From: Hadesarchaea archaeon
GTDB lineage: Archaea > Hadarchaeota > Hadarchaeia > Hadarchaeales > Hadarchaeaceae
Length of the DNA stretch: 46,939 bases
Assembly (NCBI GenBank): GCA_030672285.1
Contig: DAOVGS010000046.1
Coordinates: 1 to 46,939 of the forward strand
Direction of reading: 5' to 3'
How positions within the stretch are numbered: position 1 is the stretch's first letter; each line of letters starts with the position of its first letter. The notes beneath the pieces were generated by a model that searched no databases, had not been told where the DNA came from, and worked only from the letters and a program-made list of their open reading frames with translations. The position numbers were made by a program, and so were the translations under genes. Positions 1 through 9,379 of the stretch are shown one piece after another.

Positions 1-416
1 CTCACATCCTTCGCGCCGTTGAGCCCGCACGTGTGAGGGTTTAGGTAAGCTAAGTTGGGGTGCTCCGGGAACTCCCCCGGGTGGTGGTCAATCACGACGA
101 CATCGCGCTTTTGGCTGAGGATGAACTTGTGGATCGCCTCAATCTGGCCGCTCCCCTGGTCGATGAACACGAAGAGGTCGTGGTCCTCCTTCCCGAGCTC
201 GGCCACCTCGTCCGGCTTTAACGGACGTGTGAACTTGACGTTGAAGGGGACGTTGTACGTGTAAAGACAGCGCGCGAGGATCGCTGCCGCGGCTATCCCG
301 TCTGCATCCGTGTGGGAGATAATCTTGGCGCGAGTATCGCCGCCCAGCCTCGGCTTGAGGAAGGAGACTACCTCCTCGGCTGCTCGCTGGAACCTTCGAA
401 TTTCCGCCCTGCCCAC
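1..416 (-). CDS. DHH-family phosphoesterase, archaeal RecJ/Cdc45-like (GAN-type) nuclease, N-terminal part; 3' end runs off the window
   Basis: Absent from the ORF track because it leaves the window. My minus-strand translation from GTG 416 gives MGRAEIRRFQRAAEEVVSFLKPRLGGDTRAKIISHTDADGIAAAAIL...LFVFIDQGSG...VVVIDHHPGE, matching the DHH motifs (DxD, D, DHH). AGGAGG lies 7 nt upstream of the GTG. Confidence 0.8.
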   Translation of the reverse strand, partial: MGRAEIRRFQRAAEEVVSFLKPRLGGDTRAKIISHTDADGIAAAAILARCLYTYNVPFNVKFTRPLKPDEVAELGKEDHDLFVFIDQGSGQIEAIHKFILSQKRDVVVIDHHPGEFPEHPNLAYLNPHTCGLNGAKDV

Positions 417-428
417 GCTGAAACCTCC
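391..428. repeat. Direct repeat copy A (SD + first 9 codons of the RecJ-like gene)
   Basis: aaccttcgaatttccgccctgcccacgctgaaacctcc matches 1284-1321 at 31/38 positions, with the first 14 identical. Confidence 0.8.
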
Positions 429-539
429 TTATTTCAACCTTATCTTTTCACTTATTGCGATGGATGCTATTAATGCTTGCCACAAGTTCGTTTCAATAAG
501 GAAACTTAATTTATTCACCATTATGAGCCCATATTTATA

Positions 540-1232
540 ATGAGCGTGAGCCAGATGCCGAGCAAGCATTTGATTGCCATAGTGCTCTTGGTAGGTATTT
601 GTTCGGGTGCAGCTGCGATTTATGTTTGGCAAGGCAGACAAATGGCACAAACAGGGGAGAACGCACAACCAGAGAATGTCTTCTCAATAAACGAACTTTT
701 AGGGAATCCCGAAAACTTTGAAAATAAAACAGTTAGAATTGGGGGAATGATTACCGGCATTCGTACATATTTGGAAAATATTGAGGATGATACTGGAGTG
801 ATTCCGTCCTCACACATTAGCAGTTTTGAGGGAAGTCTTTACAACTATGGTGGGGAAGAGAATGTTGCGATTAGTGCACTTATTAAATATGCGTGGGCGA
901 TGGATCCACCGCACACATTTGTTCTTTACATAGAAAATGTAGAAAAAGCGGGAACAGAACAACCAGGACTTGTTAAAATCAACCAGATTTTAGAAAATTG
1001 GTGGACTTTTTACGATAATGAGGTCACGATAATTGGAACGTATAAAATTGCTTCTACATTTTATACAATCTCCGATAATACTGGAAATATCACTTGTTAT
1101 GGTTCTGGGAGTTTCCCATATAATGTTTGGGAAAATGTCGTAATTGAGGGAAAGGGTGTACTGATACCGTCACCGTCCTCCATACAGCCTTCGTACATCC
1201 TCTGGATAGAAATTCAAAAAATAGAGGGCTGA
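540..1232 (+). CDS. Membrane-anchored protein with two OB-fold-like repeats, function unknown
   Basis: ATG 540. N-terminal TM helix LIAIVLLVGICSGAAAIYVW. Two similar segments (INELLGNPENFENKTVRIGGMITGI..DDTGVI and INQILENWWTFYDNEVTIIGTYKI..DNTGNI). AT-rich codon usage unlike the flanks. Confidence 0.6.
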   Translation: MSVSQMPSKHLIAIVLLVGICSGAAAIYVWQGRQMAQTGENAQPENVFSINELLGNPENFENKTVRIGGMITGIRTYLENIEDDTGVIPSSHISSFEGSLYNYGGEENVAISALIKYAWAMDPPHTFVLYIENVEKAGTEQPGLVKINQILENWWTFYDNEVTIIGTYKIASTFYTISDNTGNITCYGSGSFPYNVWENVVIEGKGVLIPSPSSIQPSYILWIEIQKIEG

Positions 1233-1279
1233 AGCGGCAGAAGGCTTTTTCTCCTTAAATTAGGTTTCAGCCTGCCGTG

Positions 1280-1309
1280 CTACAACCTTCGAATTTCAGC
1301 TCGACCCAT
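1280..1309 (-). pseudogene. Relic 5' end of the RecJ-like gene (MGRAEIRRL-stop)
   Basis: GGAG-N8-ATG(1309) GGT CGA GCT GAA ATT CGA AGG TTG TAG(1282-1280). It encodes the same first 8 residues as the live gene start at 416. Confidence 0.7.
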
Positions 1310-1321
1310 GTTGGAATCTCC
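1284..1321. repeat. Direct repeat copy B
   Basis: aaccttcgaatttcagctcgacccatgttggaatctcc, the partner of 391-428. Confidence 0.8.
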
Positions 1322-1412
1322 CGTGAGTTTATGACTTTCTTTTAGCCTATCGCAATCTGGACTATTGACATTTGCCACGGGTTGTTACAAAAAATGAGTG
1401 AAAGTTGTTGTC

Positions 1413-1835
1413 TTATGCGCGCACCAAAAGGGCCGCCCGCTCGCGGTCGTACCGCCAGCCGGGTGGTAAAATTCCTTTTTGCTTGTAGTACTTGGCCAGC
1501 TTGACGATCCCGGCCTCGACCACCTCCAGCGCGCGCTTGGTCCCGAAATCCTTTGGGTTGCGGTCGAGGTGAGTGTACAGGGCCACCGCCTTGCGAATTT
1601 TATTCACGAGATCCTCGGGCAGCTCGGGTTTTACGTCGTGAGCATCCAAGATCTGCTTCACACTTTTCCCCGTCGCCTCCTTGATGCTGGGGACCGCGTG
1701 CTGGTCGCGTAGGGTTATACCTATTCGGCTCGGGGGGGTGCCCTCCTTCGCAAGCTTCACCACGAGCTCCTCCACCTCGCTGGCCGATAACTCACTCAGC
1801 CTTGTGCCCCTGCGTTTCCTTTGCTCGTTCGCCAT
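1413..1835 (-). CDS. rps15: 30S ribosomal protein S15 (uS15, S15P/S13e)
   Basis: MANEQRKRRGTRLSELSASEVEELVVKLAKEGTPPSRIGITLRDQHAVPSIKE...YYKQKGILPPGWRYDRERAALLV. ATG 1835 was chosen because the longer ORF (to 2081) overlaps Ham1. A T6 run (1389-1394, minus strand) follows the stop. Confidence 0.9.
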   Translation of the reverse strand: MANEQRKRRGTRLSELSASEVEELVVKLAKEGTPPSRIGITLRDQHAVPSIKEATGKSVKQILDAHDVKPELPEDLVNKIRKAVALYTHLDRNPKDFGTKRALEVVEAGIVKLAKYYKQKGILPPGWRYDRERAALLVRA

Positions 1836-1839
1836 TCGT

Positions 1840-2412
1840 TCACCCACGGACCTTCTGCCTTTGTTTATACCACCTGAAAAATGCTTCGATTGCCCGAGCT
1901 CGATGGGAGAAACGGTTCTTCTCGCTCGTCGACATCTCGGCGAACGTTCGCCCATCTCCCTCGCTCGGCACGAAAATCGGGTCGAATCCAAATCCCTGTG
2001 TGCCTTTGGCCTCGAGTGCGATGGTCCCCTCGACCTTCCCCGTGAAGACCTCTGGACTCTCACCCGGTTCGCAGTATCCAACGGCTGACCTGAACTCCGC
2101 CCGCCGATCGTTTTCGCCCGTCATCAGCTTCAGCAAACCTCGGTTGCCCAAAGTTCGGAAGACAAAGTTTGAGTAGGGGCCCGGGAAACCGCGCAGGACC
2201 TCGATGAATAGCCCCGCGTCTTCGGCGAAACAGGGCTGCCTGAGCAGGGCGCATGCTTGCTGGACGCCCGGGCGCACCACCTGTTCGAGCTCGTCCGCTT
2301 GAATCTCGATGTAAGGCGTATCACTGTGCTCAAGCTCAATGCCGTGGCGCGCCGCTAGCTCGCTAACCTCCTCGAACTTGTGGCGGTTGCCCGTGACGAA
2401 GATCAGCGCCAT
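1840..2412 (-). CDS. Non-canonical purine NTP pyrophosphatase (Ham1/RdgB, ITPase)
   Basis: MALIFVTGNRHKFEE...EDAGLFI..L.GFPGPYS...GFGFDPIF.P.G.GRTFAEM...EKN..SHRARA. Family-typical motifs run across the full length. Confidence 0.9.
   Translation of the reverse strand: MALIFVTGNRHKFEEVSELAARHGIELEHSDTPYIEIQADELEQVVRPGVQQACALLRQPCFAEDAGLFIEVLRGFPGPYSNFVFRTLGNRGLLKLMTGENDRRAEFRSAVGYCEPGESPEVFTGKVEGTIALEAKGTQGFGFDPIFVPSEGDGRTFAEMSTSEKNRFSHRARAIEAFFRWYKQRQKVRG
1939..1952. promoter_or_regulatory. 14-bp perfect palindrome GGCGAACGTTCGCC (copy inside Ham1 coding sequence, ~110 nt upstream of the S15 start)
   Basis: Same core as 9467-9482 and 31452-31467. Here it encodes G-R-T-F-A of Ham1. Confidence 0.35.
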
Positions 2413-3068
2413 GTCCGCTCCTCCTTGGGTACGTAACGCCCACGACGCTCAATTTCTTCAACCCGCTCAATCACCTCGTTCGCCCCCCCACCGAATTCTC
2501 GCTTGTAGCCGGATAAAATCGCGCGGTAAGCCTCGTCGGTGACCCGAAAATGGATACTTTGTAGGGCGCGCCTAAGCAGATGTAAGTCCACCCCGCGAGC
2601 TTCGAGCGAGGGGTTGTACTCACCCAGCCCAAAGTCGACGAAGTAAACCTTGCCCTCGCGCGTCAAGATCATGTTCGAGGTCGTGAGATCCCCGTGCACG
2701 ATGCCGGCGCGGTGCAAGCGGGCCACCTGTCTGCCTATGAGCTCACAGAGCTTCCGTCTCGCTTTGGGTCTCAATTTGTCCAGCACGAGCTTCACCTGCC
2801 TCCCATCGATGAACTCCATCACTATGCGCATGCCCGCCCGGTCGACCTCGTAGACGAGCGGCGTCGGCACCCCAGCTCGCTTGGCATCCGCAAAAAGTTT
2901 CGACTCGAGCGTCGTTCTCGACTCCCGGAGCTGTTTATCGATCTCGAGAATTCGGTAGCGCTTGGCGATGCGATGTTTGACCACGACTTTGCCCTCGCCC
3001 GCGCGATGGAGCACCCGCGCGAATGGCTCGAGGTAGAGGTTTGCTTCCGCACCTTTCTTCATCAACAT
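2403..3068 (-). CDS. bud32: KEOPS complex Bud32 (PRPK-like) atypical kinase
   Basis: MLMKKGAEANLY...VVKHRI.KRYR...ESR...AGV.TP.VY.VD.....VMEFIDG...LHRAGIVHGDLTTSNMI......YFVDFGL. Its start abuts the Kae1 stop (3068/3069). Confidence 0.85.
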   Translation of the reverse strand: MLMKKGAEANLYLEPFARVLHRAGEGKVVVKHRIAKRYRILEIDKQLRESRTTLESKLFADAKRAGVPTPLVYEVDRAGMRIVMEFIDGRQVKLVLDKLRPKARRKLCELIGRQVARLHRAGIVHGDLTTSNMILTREGKVYFVDFGLGEYNPSLEARGVDLHLLRRALQSIHFRVTDEAYRAILSGYKREFGGGANEVIERVEEIERRGRYVPKEERTWR

Positions 3069-4088
<1,020 letters not shown>

Positions 4089-4159
4089 TTAAAGCAATTA
4101 ACCCGAACTAGCTGCCGCTGAGCCAAGCGAGGTTGCCAAAGCCCAGAGTAAAAATGAGC

Positions 4160-4378
4160 TTACTCCGTAACGACTTCAGCTGTCGCAAACCTTTGCCGCA
4201 CCGCAGTGATGCGGACCTTTATCTCATCCCCGGGATTCGTGCCGGGTACGAAGACCACGAAGCCCTGAACGCGGGCAATCCCATCTCCGCCTTTGCCCTT
4301 CGACTCGATCTTCACGTCGTGGGTATCGCCAACGTTCACTGGGGCAGGTGGTCCTCTTTGCTCTCTTTGTCCGTACAC
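4160..4378 (-). CDS. TRAM-domain protein
   Basis: [59 protein letters not shown] prefer GTG 4378 (AAGGAG 8 nt upstream). The ORF track extends to TTG 4444. Confidence 0.75.
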   Translation of the reverse strand: MYGQREQRGPPAPVNVGDTHDVKIESKGKGGDGIARVQGFVVFVPGTNPGDEIKVRITAVRQRFATAEVVTE

Positions 4379-4466
4379 CTCTTCAACTCCTTTTTGTTGC
4401 GGGATAAAGTCGGTGGCTGTACTTATAAGTTTGCGTGGAGACAATTGGAAAATGCTCTCGTTTGAA

Positions 4467-4522
4467 TTAACTTTTAGTGTTTAACTAAAAGAAAATTTTT
4501 AAGCGTATTAGTTAACTAAAAG
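4467..4522. promoter_or_regulatory. Three copies of TTAACT(T/A)4G in the TRAM/wtpA divergent intergenic region
   Basis: ttaacttttag at 4467-4477, and ttaactaaaag at 4481-4491 and 4512-4522. The first two form an inverted repeat (cttttag / ctaaaag). The last copy ends 6 nt before the wtpA ATG. Confidence 0.4.
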
Positions 4523-4528
4523 GGGACC

Positions 4529-5554
4529 ATGGGTATGAAAAGCGTAGGCACGGAAAAAACCATTATCGTTCTAGTAGTGATAGCTGTCGTCTTGGGTGTA
4601 CTCATATTTTCTATAGGGGGGAAACCCGTGCTGAAGATTTACCACGCTGGTAGCCTTACGGTACCCTTTGAGAAAATTGAAAAACAATTCGAAAGCTCTC
4701 ACGATGTAGACGTGCAGCTCGAACCCCATGGCAGTGTAGAAGCTATTAGCCAGATAACTGAACTTCATAAAGCTGCGGACATCCTCGCCTCGGCGGACTA
4801 CTCGCTGATCCCCAAGATGATGTTCCCTGAGTACGCGGATTGGTATATCCAGTTTGCACGTAACGAAATGGTGCTCGCCCATACCGCCGAGAGCGATTAT
4901 GTGGATGAAATCAACGAGAACAATTGGTATGAGATCCTTAATAGAACCGGCGTGAAGTTTGGATTTAGCAACCCTAACCTTGATCCCTGTGGCTATCGCG
5001 CGGCAATGGTTTTTCAGCTCGCAGAAATTTGGTATGATAACTCCACGATTTTTGATGATTTAATCGTGGCCAATACCAACATCGAGGCGATCGAGGAAAA
5101 TGACAACTATCTAATCGAGGTGCCAGAGGACTTGGATCCAAATACCGATAAGCTGGAGATTTCAGATAAGTCGATAAGCCTACTTGTCAAGTTGGAAGTG
5201 CACAGCATCGATTACGCATTTGAATACAGAAGCGTCGCGGTCCAACGTGGATTTGAATTTGTAGAGCTTCCCGATGGAATCAATCTAGCCAGCATGAACT
5301 ACGAAAACATCTATAAACAAGTTAAGGTGCGGCTCGCGAACGAAAAAATGCTTACCGCCAAATCTATCGTCTATGGGATAACTATACCCAAAAATGCGCC
5401 AAATGAGAATTTGGCAATCGAGTTCATAACATTATTGATAACTGAGTATGGGCAGGAGGTTTTTGAGAATTGTGGTCAACCGCCGATAGTCCCTGCCGTA
5501 ACGAGCGATGTCGATAAACTGCCAGAAAATCTTCAACCATTGGTGATACAGTGA
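4529..5554 (+). CDS. wtpA: Tungstate/molybdate ABC transporter substrate-binding protein WtpA
   Basis: N-terminal TM/signal anchor, then KIYHAGSLTVPFEKIEKQFE...ASADYSLIPKMMFPEYADWYIQFARNEMVLAHT...FGFSNPNLDPCGYRAAMVFQLAE...VYGITIPKNAPN. Close to my recollection of Pyrococcus WtpA. Confidence 0.85.
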   Translation: MGMKSVGTEKTIIVLVVIAVVLGVLIFSIGGKPVLKIYHAGSLTVPFEKIEKQFESSHDVDVQLEPHGSVEAISQITELHKAADILASADYSLIPKMMFPEYADWYIQFARNEMVLAHTAESDYVDEINENNWYEILNRTGVKFGFSNPNLDPCGYRAAMVFQLAEIWYDNSTIFDDLIVANTNIEAIEENDNYLIEVPEDLDPNTDKLEISDKSISLLVKLEVHSIDYAFEYRSVAVQRGFEFVELPDGINLASMNYENIYKQVKVRLANEKMLTAKSIVYGITIPKNAPNENLAIEFITLLITEYGQEVFENCGQPPIVPAVTSDVDKLPENLQPLVIQ

Positions 5555-6342
5555 AAATTGAGAGAATAACTGCCTTATTCATCGCGCTTGGAATCCTCAT
5601 TGTAGCTGTTCTTGCCCTTCCAATAGCTAATATTTTTTTCAAGCAATTTGCATTTGACCTGACCGGATTTCTCAGTGCCATCACCGACCAAGCGGTTCTG
5701 AAAGCGGTGGGGCTGAGCTGTTTCTCGGCGTTCCTTGCGGTGCTGGTGACGTTCGTGTTCGGCGTTCCCCTAGCTTATTTGTTAGCGAGGAAGAACTTTC
5801 GAGGAAAAGCGCTCATCGAAGGGATAATAGACCTTCCCATGGCGATACCTCATGTTGTTGCAGGCGTCATGTTGTTGACAGTTTTCGGATTAAGCGGATT
5901 AATTGGCGGGCCGGTCTCACCTTTTCTTAGGTTTGAAGGCGCGCTACCTGGAATTGTGGTCGCGATGGTATTCGTCTCCGCGCCATTCCTCATCAACTCC
6001 GCTAGGGAGGGGTTTCAAAGCGTTGACCCCCGCCTAGAAAAGGTAGCACGGTCCCTAGGCGCTACGGAATGGGAAGCCTTCCGAAAAGTGGCGTTTCCGC
6101 TCGCATTTCCCCAGATATTCAGCGGGGCGATAATGAGTTGGGCGCGCGCGATAAGCGAGTTCGCGGCGGTGATTATGCTCGTTGGATTTTTCCCGATGAT
6201 TGCCCCGGGGATGATTTGGAACAGATTTTACAGCCTAGGGCTTTATGAAGGAATGCGTGTCGCGGTAATACTTCTCCTGATCACCTTATCGGTATTCATT
6301 GGCCTAAAATATCTACGGGGGCGGTTGTATGCTGAGCATTAG
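5551..6342 (+). CDS. wtpB: Tungstate/molybdate ABC transporter permease WtpB
   Basis: GTG 5551 overlaps the wtpA stop (GTGA). Multi-pass membrane protein with an EAA-type loop (FLINSAREGFQSVDPRLEKVARSLGATEWEAFRKV). Confidence 0.85.
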   Translation: MKIERITALFIALGILIVAVLALPIANIFFKQFAFDLTGFLSAITDQAVLKAVGLSCFSAFLAVLVTFVFGVPLAYLLARKNFRGKALIEGIIDLPMAIPHVVAGVMLLTVFGLSGLIGGPVSPFLRFEGALPGIVVAMVFVSAPFLINSAREGFQSVDPRLEKVARSLGATEWEAFRKVAFPLAFPQIFSGAIMSWARAISEFAAVIMLVGFFPMIAPGMIWNRFYSLGLYEGMRVAVILLLITLSVFIGLKYLRGRLYAEH

Positions 6343-7372
6343 GGATTTATCGAAAAAATGGGCCGATTTTTCGCTGACGAACATAGATTTAGATGTCAAA
6401 GAACGGGAGTATTTCACCGTGCTGGGTCCCACTGGGGCGGGAAAGACCCTCATGCTCGAGTTAATCGCTGGGTTTCACCGTCCCGACAAGGGTGAGATCT
6501 GGATAAATGATAAAAACATTACAGACTTTCCTCCTGAACAAAGGAAAGTAGGTTTTGTATACCAAGACTATTTGTTGTTTCCTCACCTAAACGTCGAAGA
6601 AAATGTGAAGTTCGGATTAAGATTGAAAAAAGTTCCTAAACTTGAAACCGATAAAAAAATACAGCGCACAATGAATTTGCTCGGCCTTACTCACCTGTCC
6701 AAAAGATTGCCAAGAACCCTAAGCGGAGGGGAACAGCAAAAAGTGGCTTTAGCTAGGGCGCTCGTGCTCGACCCAGATGTGTTGCTCTTAGATGAACCAT
6801 TAAGCGCTTTAGATGTGCCGACGCAGGAGAGGTTGAGAGGGGAGTTAAAGGATCTCCACGAGAAATCTGGTATCACTACGATTCACGTCACTCATGATCA
6901 TGTCGAAGCAATCCTGTTGGGTGACAGGATAGGCGTCTTGAGCGACGGAAAACTCATTCAAGTTGGAGAGCCAGACGAAATATTCCGGAAACCGAAATCG
7001 GAGTTCATCGCAAAATTCGTTGGAGTTGAAAACATCTTTTCAGGGAAATCGGAGCTAAAGAAAGGTCTCGCTAGAATAGATATCGGGAATGTATTAATTG
7101 AAGCGGTGACACAGAAGGAGGGCAAAGTTAAAGTCTGCATCCGGCCCGAAGACATCCTTCTATCAAAAAGACCGATCAAATCGAGCGGGAGAAACATGCT
7201 GAAGGGTAAGATAACTGAAATCTCCGACCGAGGCACAATTGTAAGGTTAAAAATAGATGTTGGGCGCGAACTGGTGGTAATTATCACCAAGAGATCTTTT
7301 CTAGACATGAAGTTGAGAATCGGCTCGGGGGTTTATGCTGCTTTTAAAGCGTCTTCGGTGCATGTGATTTAA
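6329..7372 (+). CDS. wtpC: Tungstate/molybdate ABC transporter ATPase WtpC (with C-terminal TOBE-like domain)
   Basis: Walker A GPTGAGKT, signature LSGGEQQKVALARAL, Walker B LLLDEPLSALD, H-loop VTHD. The C-terminal ~110 aa are TOBE-like. Confidence 0.85.
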   Translation: MLSIRDLSKKWADFSLTNIDLDVKEREYFTVLGPTGAGKTLMLELIAGFHRPDKGEIWINDKNITDFPPEQRKVGFVYQDYLLFPHLNVEENVKFGLRLKKVPKLETDKKIQRTMNLLGLTHLSKRLPRTLSGGEQQKVALARALVLDPDVLLLDEPLSALDVPTQERLRGELKDLHEKSGITTIHVTHDHVEAILLGDRIGVLSDGKLIQVGEPDEIFRKPKSEFIAKFVGVENIFSGKSELKKGLARIDIGNVLIEAVTQKEGKVKVCIRPEDILLSKRPIKSSGRNMLKGKITEISDRGTIVRLKIDVGRELVVIITKRSFLDMKLRIGSGVYAAFKASSVHVI

Positions 7373-7442
7373 TCGACAACTTTTGTTTTTGGCTGCGCCG
7401 AACATTTAAACAACAGCTCAATTATTATATGGTTGGGAGCCG

Positions 7443-8747
7443 ATGTTCCTCCGCAAAATCTTCGGCAAAAAACCGCAAGCACCCGAACCTCAAGTTGAAA
7501 AATTGTCTATAGATTCCCTTGGGGGGCGAGTAGACAAACTCAAGCGGGAAAAGCTCGCGGGGGCCCAATCCAGATTAAACGCCACGCTCGACAGGCTATC
7601 CGAGGAGCGGGAAGCACTTTTAAAGGAATTGAAAACCCTTTCCAATGCCGAACCGACCGATGAAGCTTATCCGGGGTTGCGCACGGCGGCGTTCGAGGCC
7701 CGGAGGCTCCTCGCTGACAAGCTGACCCGTGCGGCCACCTATATCCAGCGGGGCGGGGAGTTCTCGACCGACGACCTCACGACACTAGATGGCAAACTGA
7801 CGAAAATGGTGAACCTCACTACCGACGCGATCGCCACCCACGGCCGCCACGTCCGGGCGTTGTTCGGGCCCCGCTTGAACACAATCGAGCTGCGCCTTCG
7901 ACGGTTGCATGGATTGGTCAGGGAGGTCCATGCCCTCATCGAAGGAACCCTCGGAGAAATGCGCTCGCTGGACTTGATCTCCTCGAAAATATCATCGCAC
8001 AAGGAGCTCCTCAACCGAATCGAGGGCATGCGGACCGATGTGAAATCGTTGGAAAATCGGGGCGGGGCGCTTGAGAAGTTGATCGAGAACGAGAGCGACC
8101 AACTGGCGCGACTCGTCAACAGCGAGGAATTCAAGGGCTTGGACGCGTCTGGGCGTGAGCTCGAACGAATCGAGCGCGAGATAGCCCGCGTAAGGAGCGA
8201 CGCGCCGAGCGCAATCTCGGGACTCAGCAGACCACTCAGGAAGATGGAAAAGCTCGTGAGAGCGGGCGAGTATCAAATGGATCGAGAAACGGTAAAAGTC
8301 CTTGAACTCTGCATCGAGAATCCACTCGAGGTGCTCTCATCGAACGAAAAAATCGCTTCGACCGATACGCTTCTGCAAAAAATGATCAAACTTCTCGAGG
8401 GGCGAAAAATAAGCATGGATGACCGTGAGCGAAGGAAGCGAATGGAGCTAGCTCGGAAACTTCTGGAGGAAAAAACGTTATCGAAGCTTAAGGAGCAGCT
8501 CACTCGCCTTCAAGCCCGCAGGGAAACCCAAAAACGCGCTCGCGAGCAAACATCACTTTTTAAACAAAAGGCGGAGCTCGAAGGTTCGATTGAAAAATAT
8601 AGATCAGACCTGAAACGCGCGCGCGCGACCATAGAGGAGTTCCATCGTGAATCGCAGCGAGCTGAGAAGGATATCGACAAAAACTTGCGCGAGCTGGAAA
8701 AACTTGCAACCGAGACTATCGGCGCGACGATCGAGCTCACTTCTTGA
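7443..8747 (+). CDS. Long coiled-coil protein, function unknown
   Basis: 434 aa, heptad-rich in E/K/R/L throughout. N-terminus [16 protein letters not shown]. No catalytic motif recognised. Confidence 0.6.
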   Translation: MFLRKIFGKKPQAPEPQVEKLSIDSLGGRVDKLKREKLAGAQSRLNATLDRLSEEREALLKELKTLSNAEPTDEAYPGLRTAAFEARRLLADKLTRAATYIQRGGEFSTDDLTTLDGKLTKMVNLTTDAIATHGRHVRALFGPRLNTIELRLRRLHGLVREVHALIEGTLGEMRSLDLISSKISSHKELLNRIEGMRTDVKSLENRGGALEKLIENESDQLARLVNSEEFKGLDASGRELERIEREIARVRSDAPSAISGLSRPLRKMEKLVRAGEYQMDRETVKVLELCIENPLEVLSSNEKIASTDTLLQKMIKLLEGRKISMDDRERRKRMELARKLLEEKTLSKLKEQLTRLQARRETQKRAREQTSLFKQKAELEGSIEKYRSDLKRARATIEEFHRESQRAEKDIDKNLRELEKLATETIGATIELTS

Positions 8748-8904
8748 AATCGGTGTACCCGCATCGCCCGCAAGCCCAACGGTTCCCGTGGTCAGCCATG
8801 AAGACTCCCGGGCCGCAGCGCGGGCAGGCTGGGCGCAGATGCTCAAGCTTTTCGCCCTCGAGCTTGTAAAGCTTGGCCTTCGCGACCTTAACCTTCTTTG
8901 CCAC
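8737..8904 (-). CDS. rps27ae: 30S ribosomal protein S27ae (eS31), zinc ribbon; absent from the ORF track (55 aa)
   Basis: My translation from GTG 8904: [55 protein letters not shown], stop TGA 8739-8737. CPRCG..VFMA.H..R..CG.CGYT is the eS31 signature. AAGGAGG lies upstream. Confidence 0.85.
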   Translation of the reverse strand: MAKKVKVAKAKLYKLEGEKLEHLRPACPRCGPGVFMADHGNRWACGRCGYTDFKK

Positions 8905-9379
8905 CCTCGACGGCCTCCTTGGCCTTTTCCTCGGGCTTTGCCCCCTCGGGCGCCTCTGCAGCCTTCTCCGCTTCGGGTTTCTCGGGCTTGGCCGCCTCTT
9001 TCGGTTCCTCAGGTTTTGCTTCCTTCGGTTCCTCTACTTTTTTCTCGGGGGGCTTTTCGACCTTCGGTTTCTCCTCGGGCTTTGCCTCCGCCTTGGCCTC
9101 CTTCGGCATGTCCCGCTCGAGCAAAAATTTGGGCTCCAGCCCCTCGAGTTGTTCGCGGGAGCTGTAGACGCGGGCGATCCCCGATGCCACCTGGCGACCG
9201 TGGGTGCTCGCCAGCTTCTCGATGACGATGAGTTCCTCCGCGACGCCGAGCTGGGCCGCGAGCTGGGCGCGCGCGTCCAAGCGCTTTGGGGTTGGCTCCC
9301 CCGCGTGATCAGCTTTGAATCTCACCTCGGTGCGTTTGAAGAGCGGGCTTTCCGTCTTCTCGATTATCTCGACCTTCAT
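8888..9379 (-). CDS. rps24e: 30S ribosomal protein S24e with ~70-aa K/E/P/A-rich C-terminal extension
   Basis: [46 protein letters not shown]...[31 protein letters not shown], followed by the low-complexity tail [22 protein letters not shown]... Confidence 0.9.
   Translation of the reverse strand: MKVEIIEKTESPLFKRTEVRFKADHAGEPTPKRLDARAQLAAQLGVAEELIVIEKLASTHGRQVASGIARVYSSREQLEGLEPKFLLERDMPKEAKAEAKPEEKPKVEKPPEKKVEEPKEAKPEEPKEAAKPEKPEAEKAAEAPEGAKPEEKAKEAVEGGKEG

Noticed and set aside
454-1356. Inverted 8-mer attgcgat (454-461) / atcgcaat (1349-1356) near the ends of the first cassette, considered as terminal inverted repeats.
   Set aside because: It is only 8 bp. The right copy lies outside the direct repeat rather than inside it, which does not fit a TIR plus target-duplication geometry. 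It is likely chance.
1836-2081. N-terminal extension of the S15 ORF (222 aa in the ORF track).
   Set aside because: The extension is Arg-rich, overlaps the Ham1 coding region in another frame, and is absent from uS15 proteins. ATG 1835 gives the canonical N-terminus.
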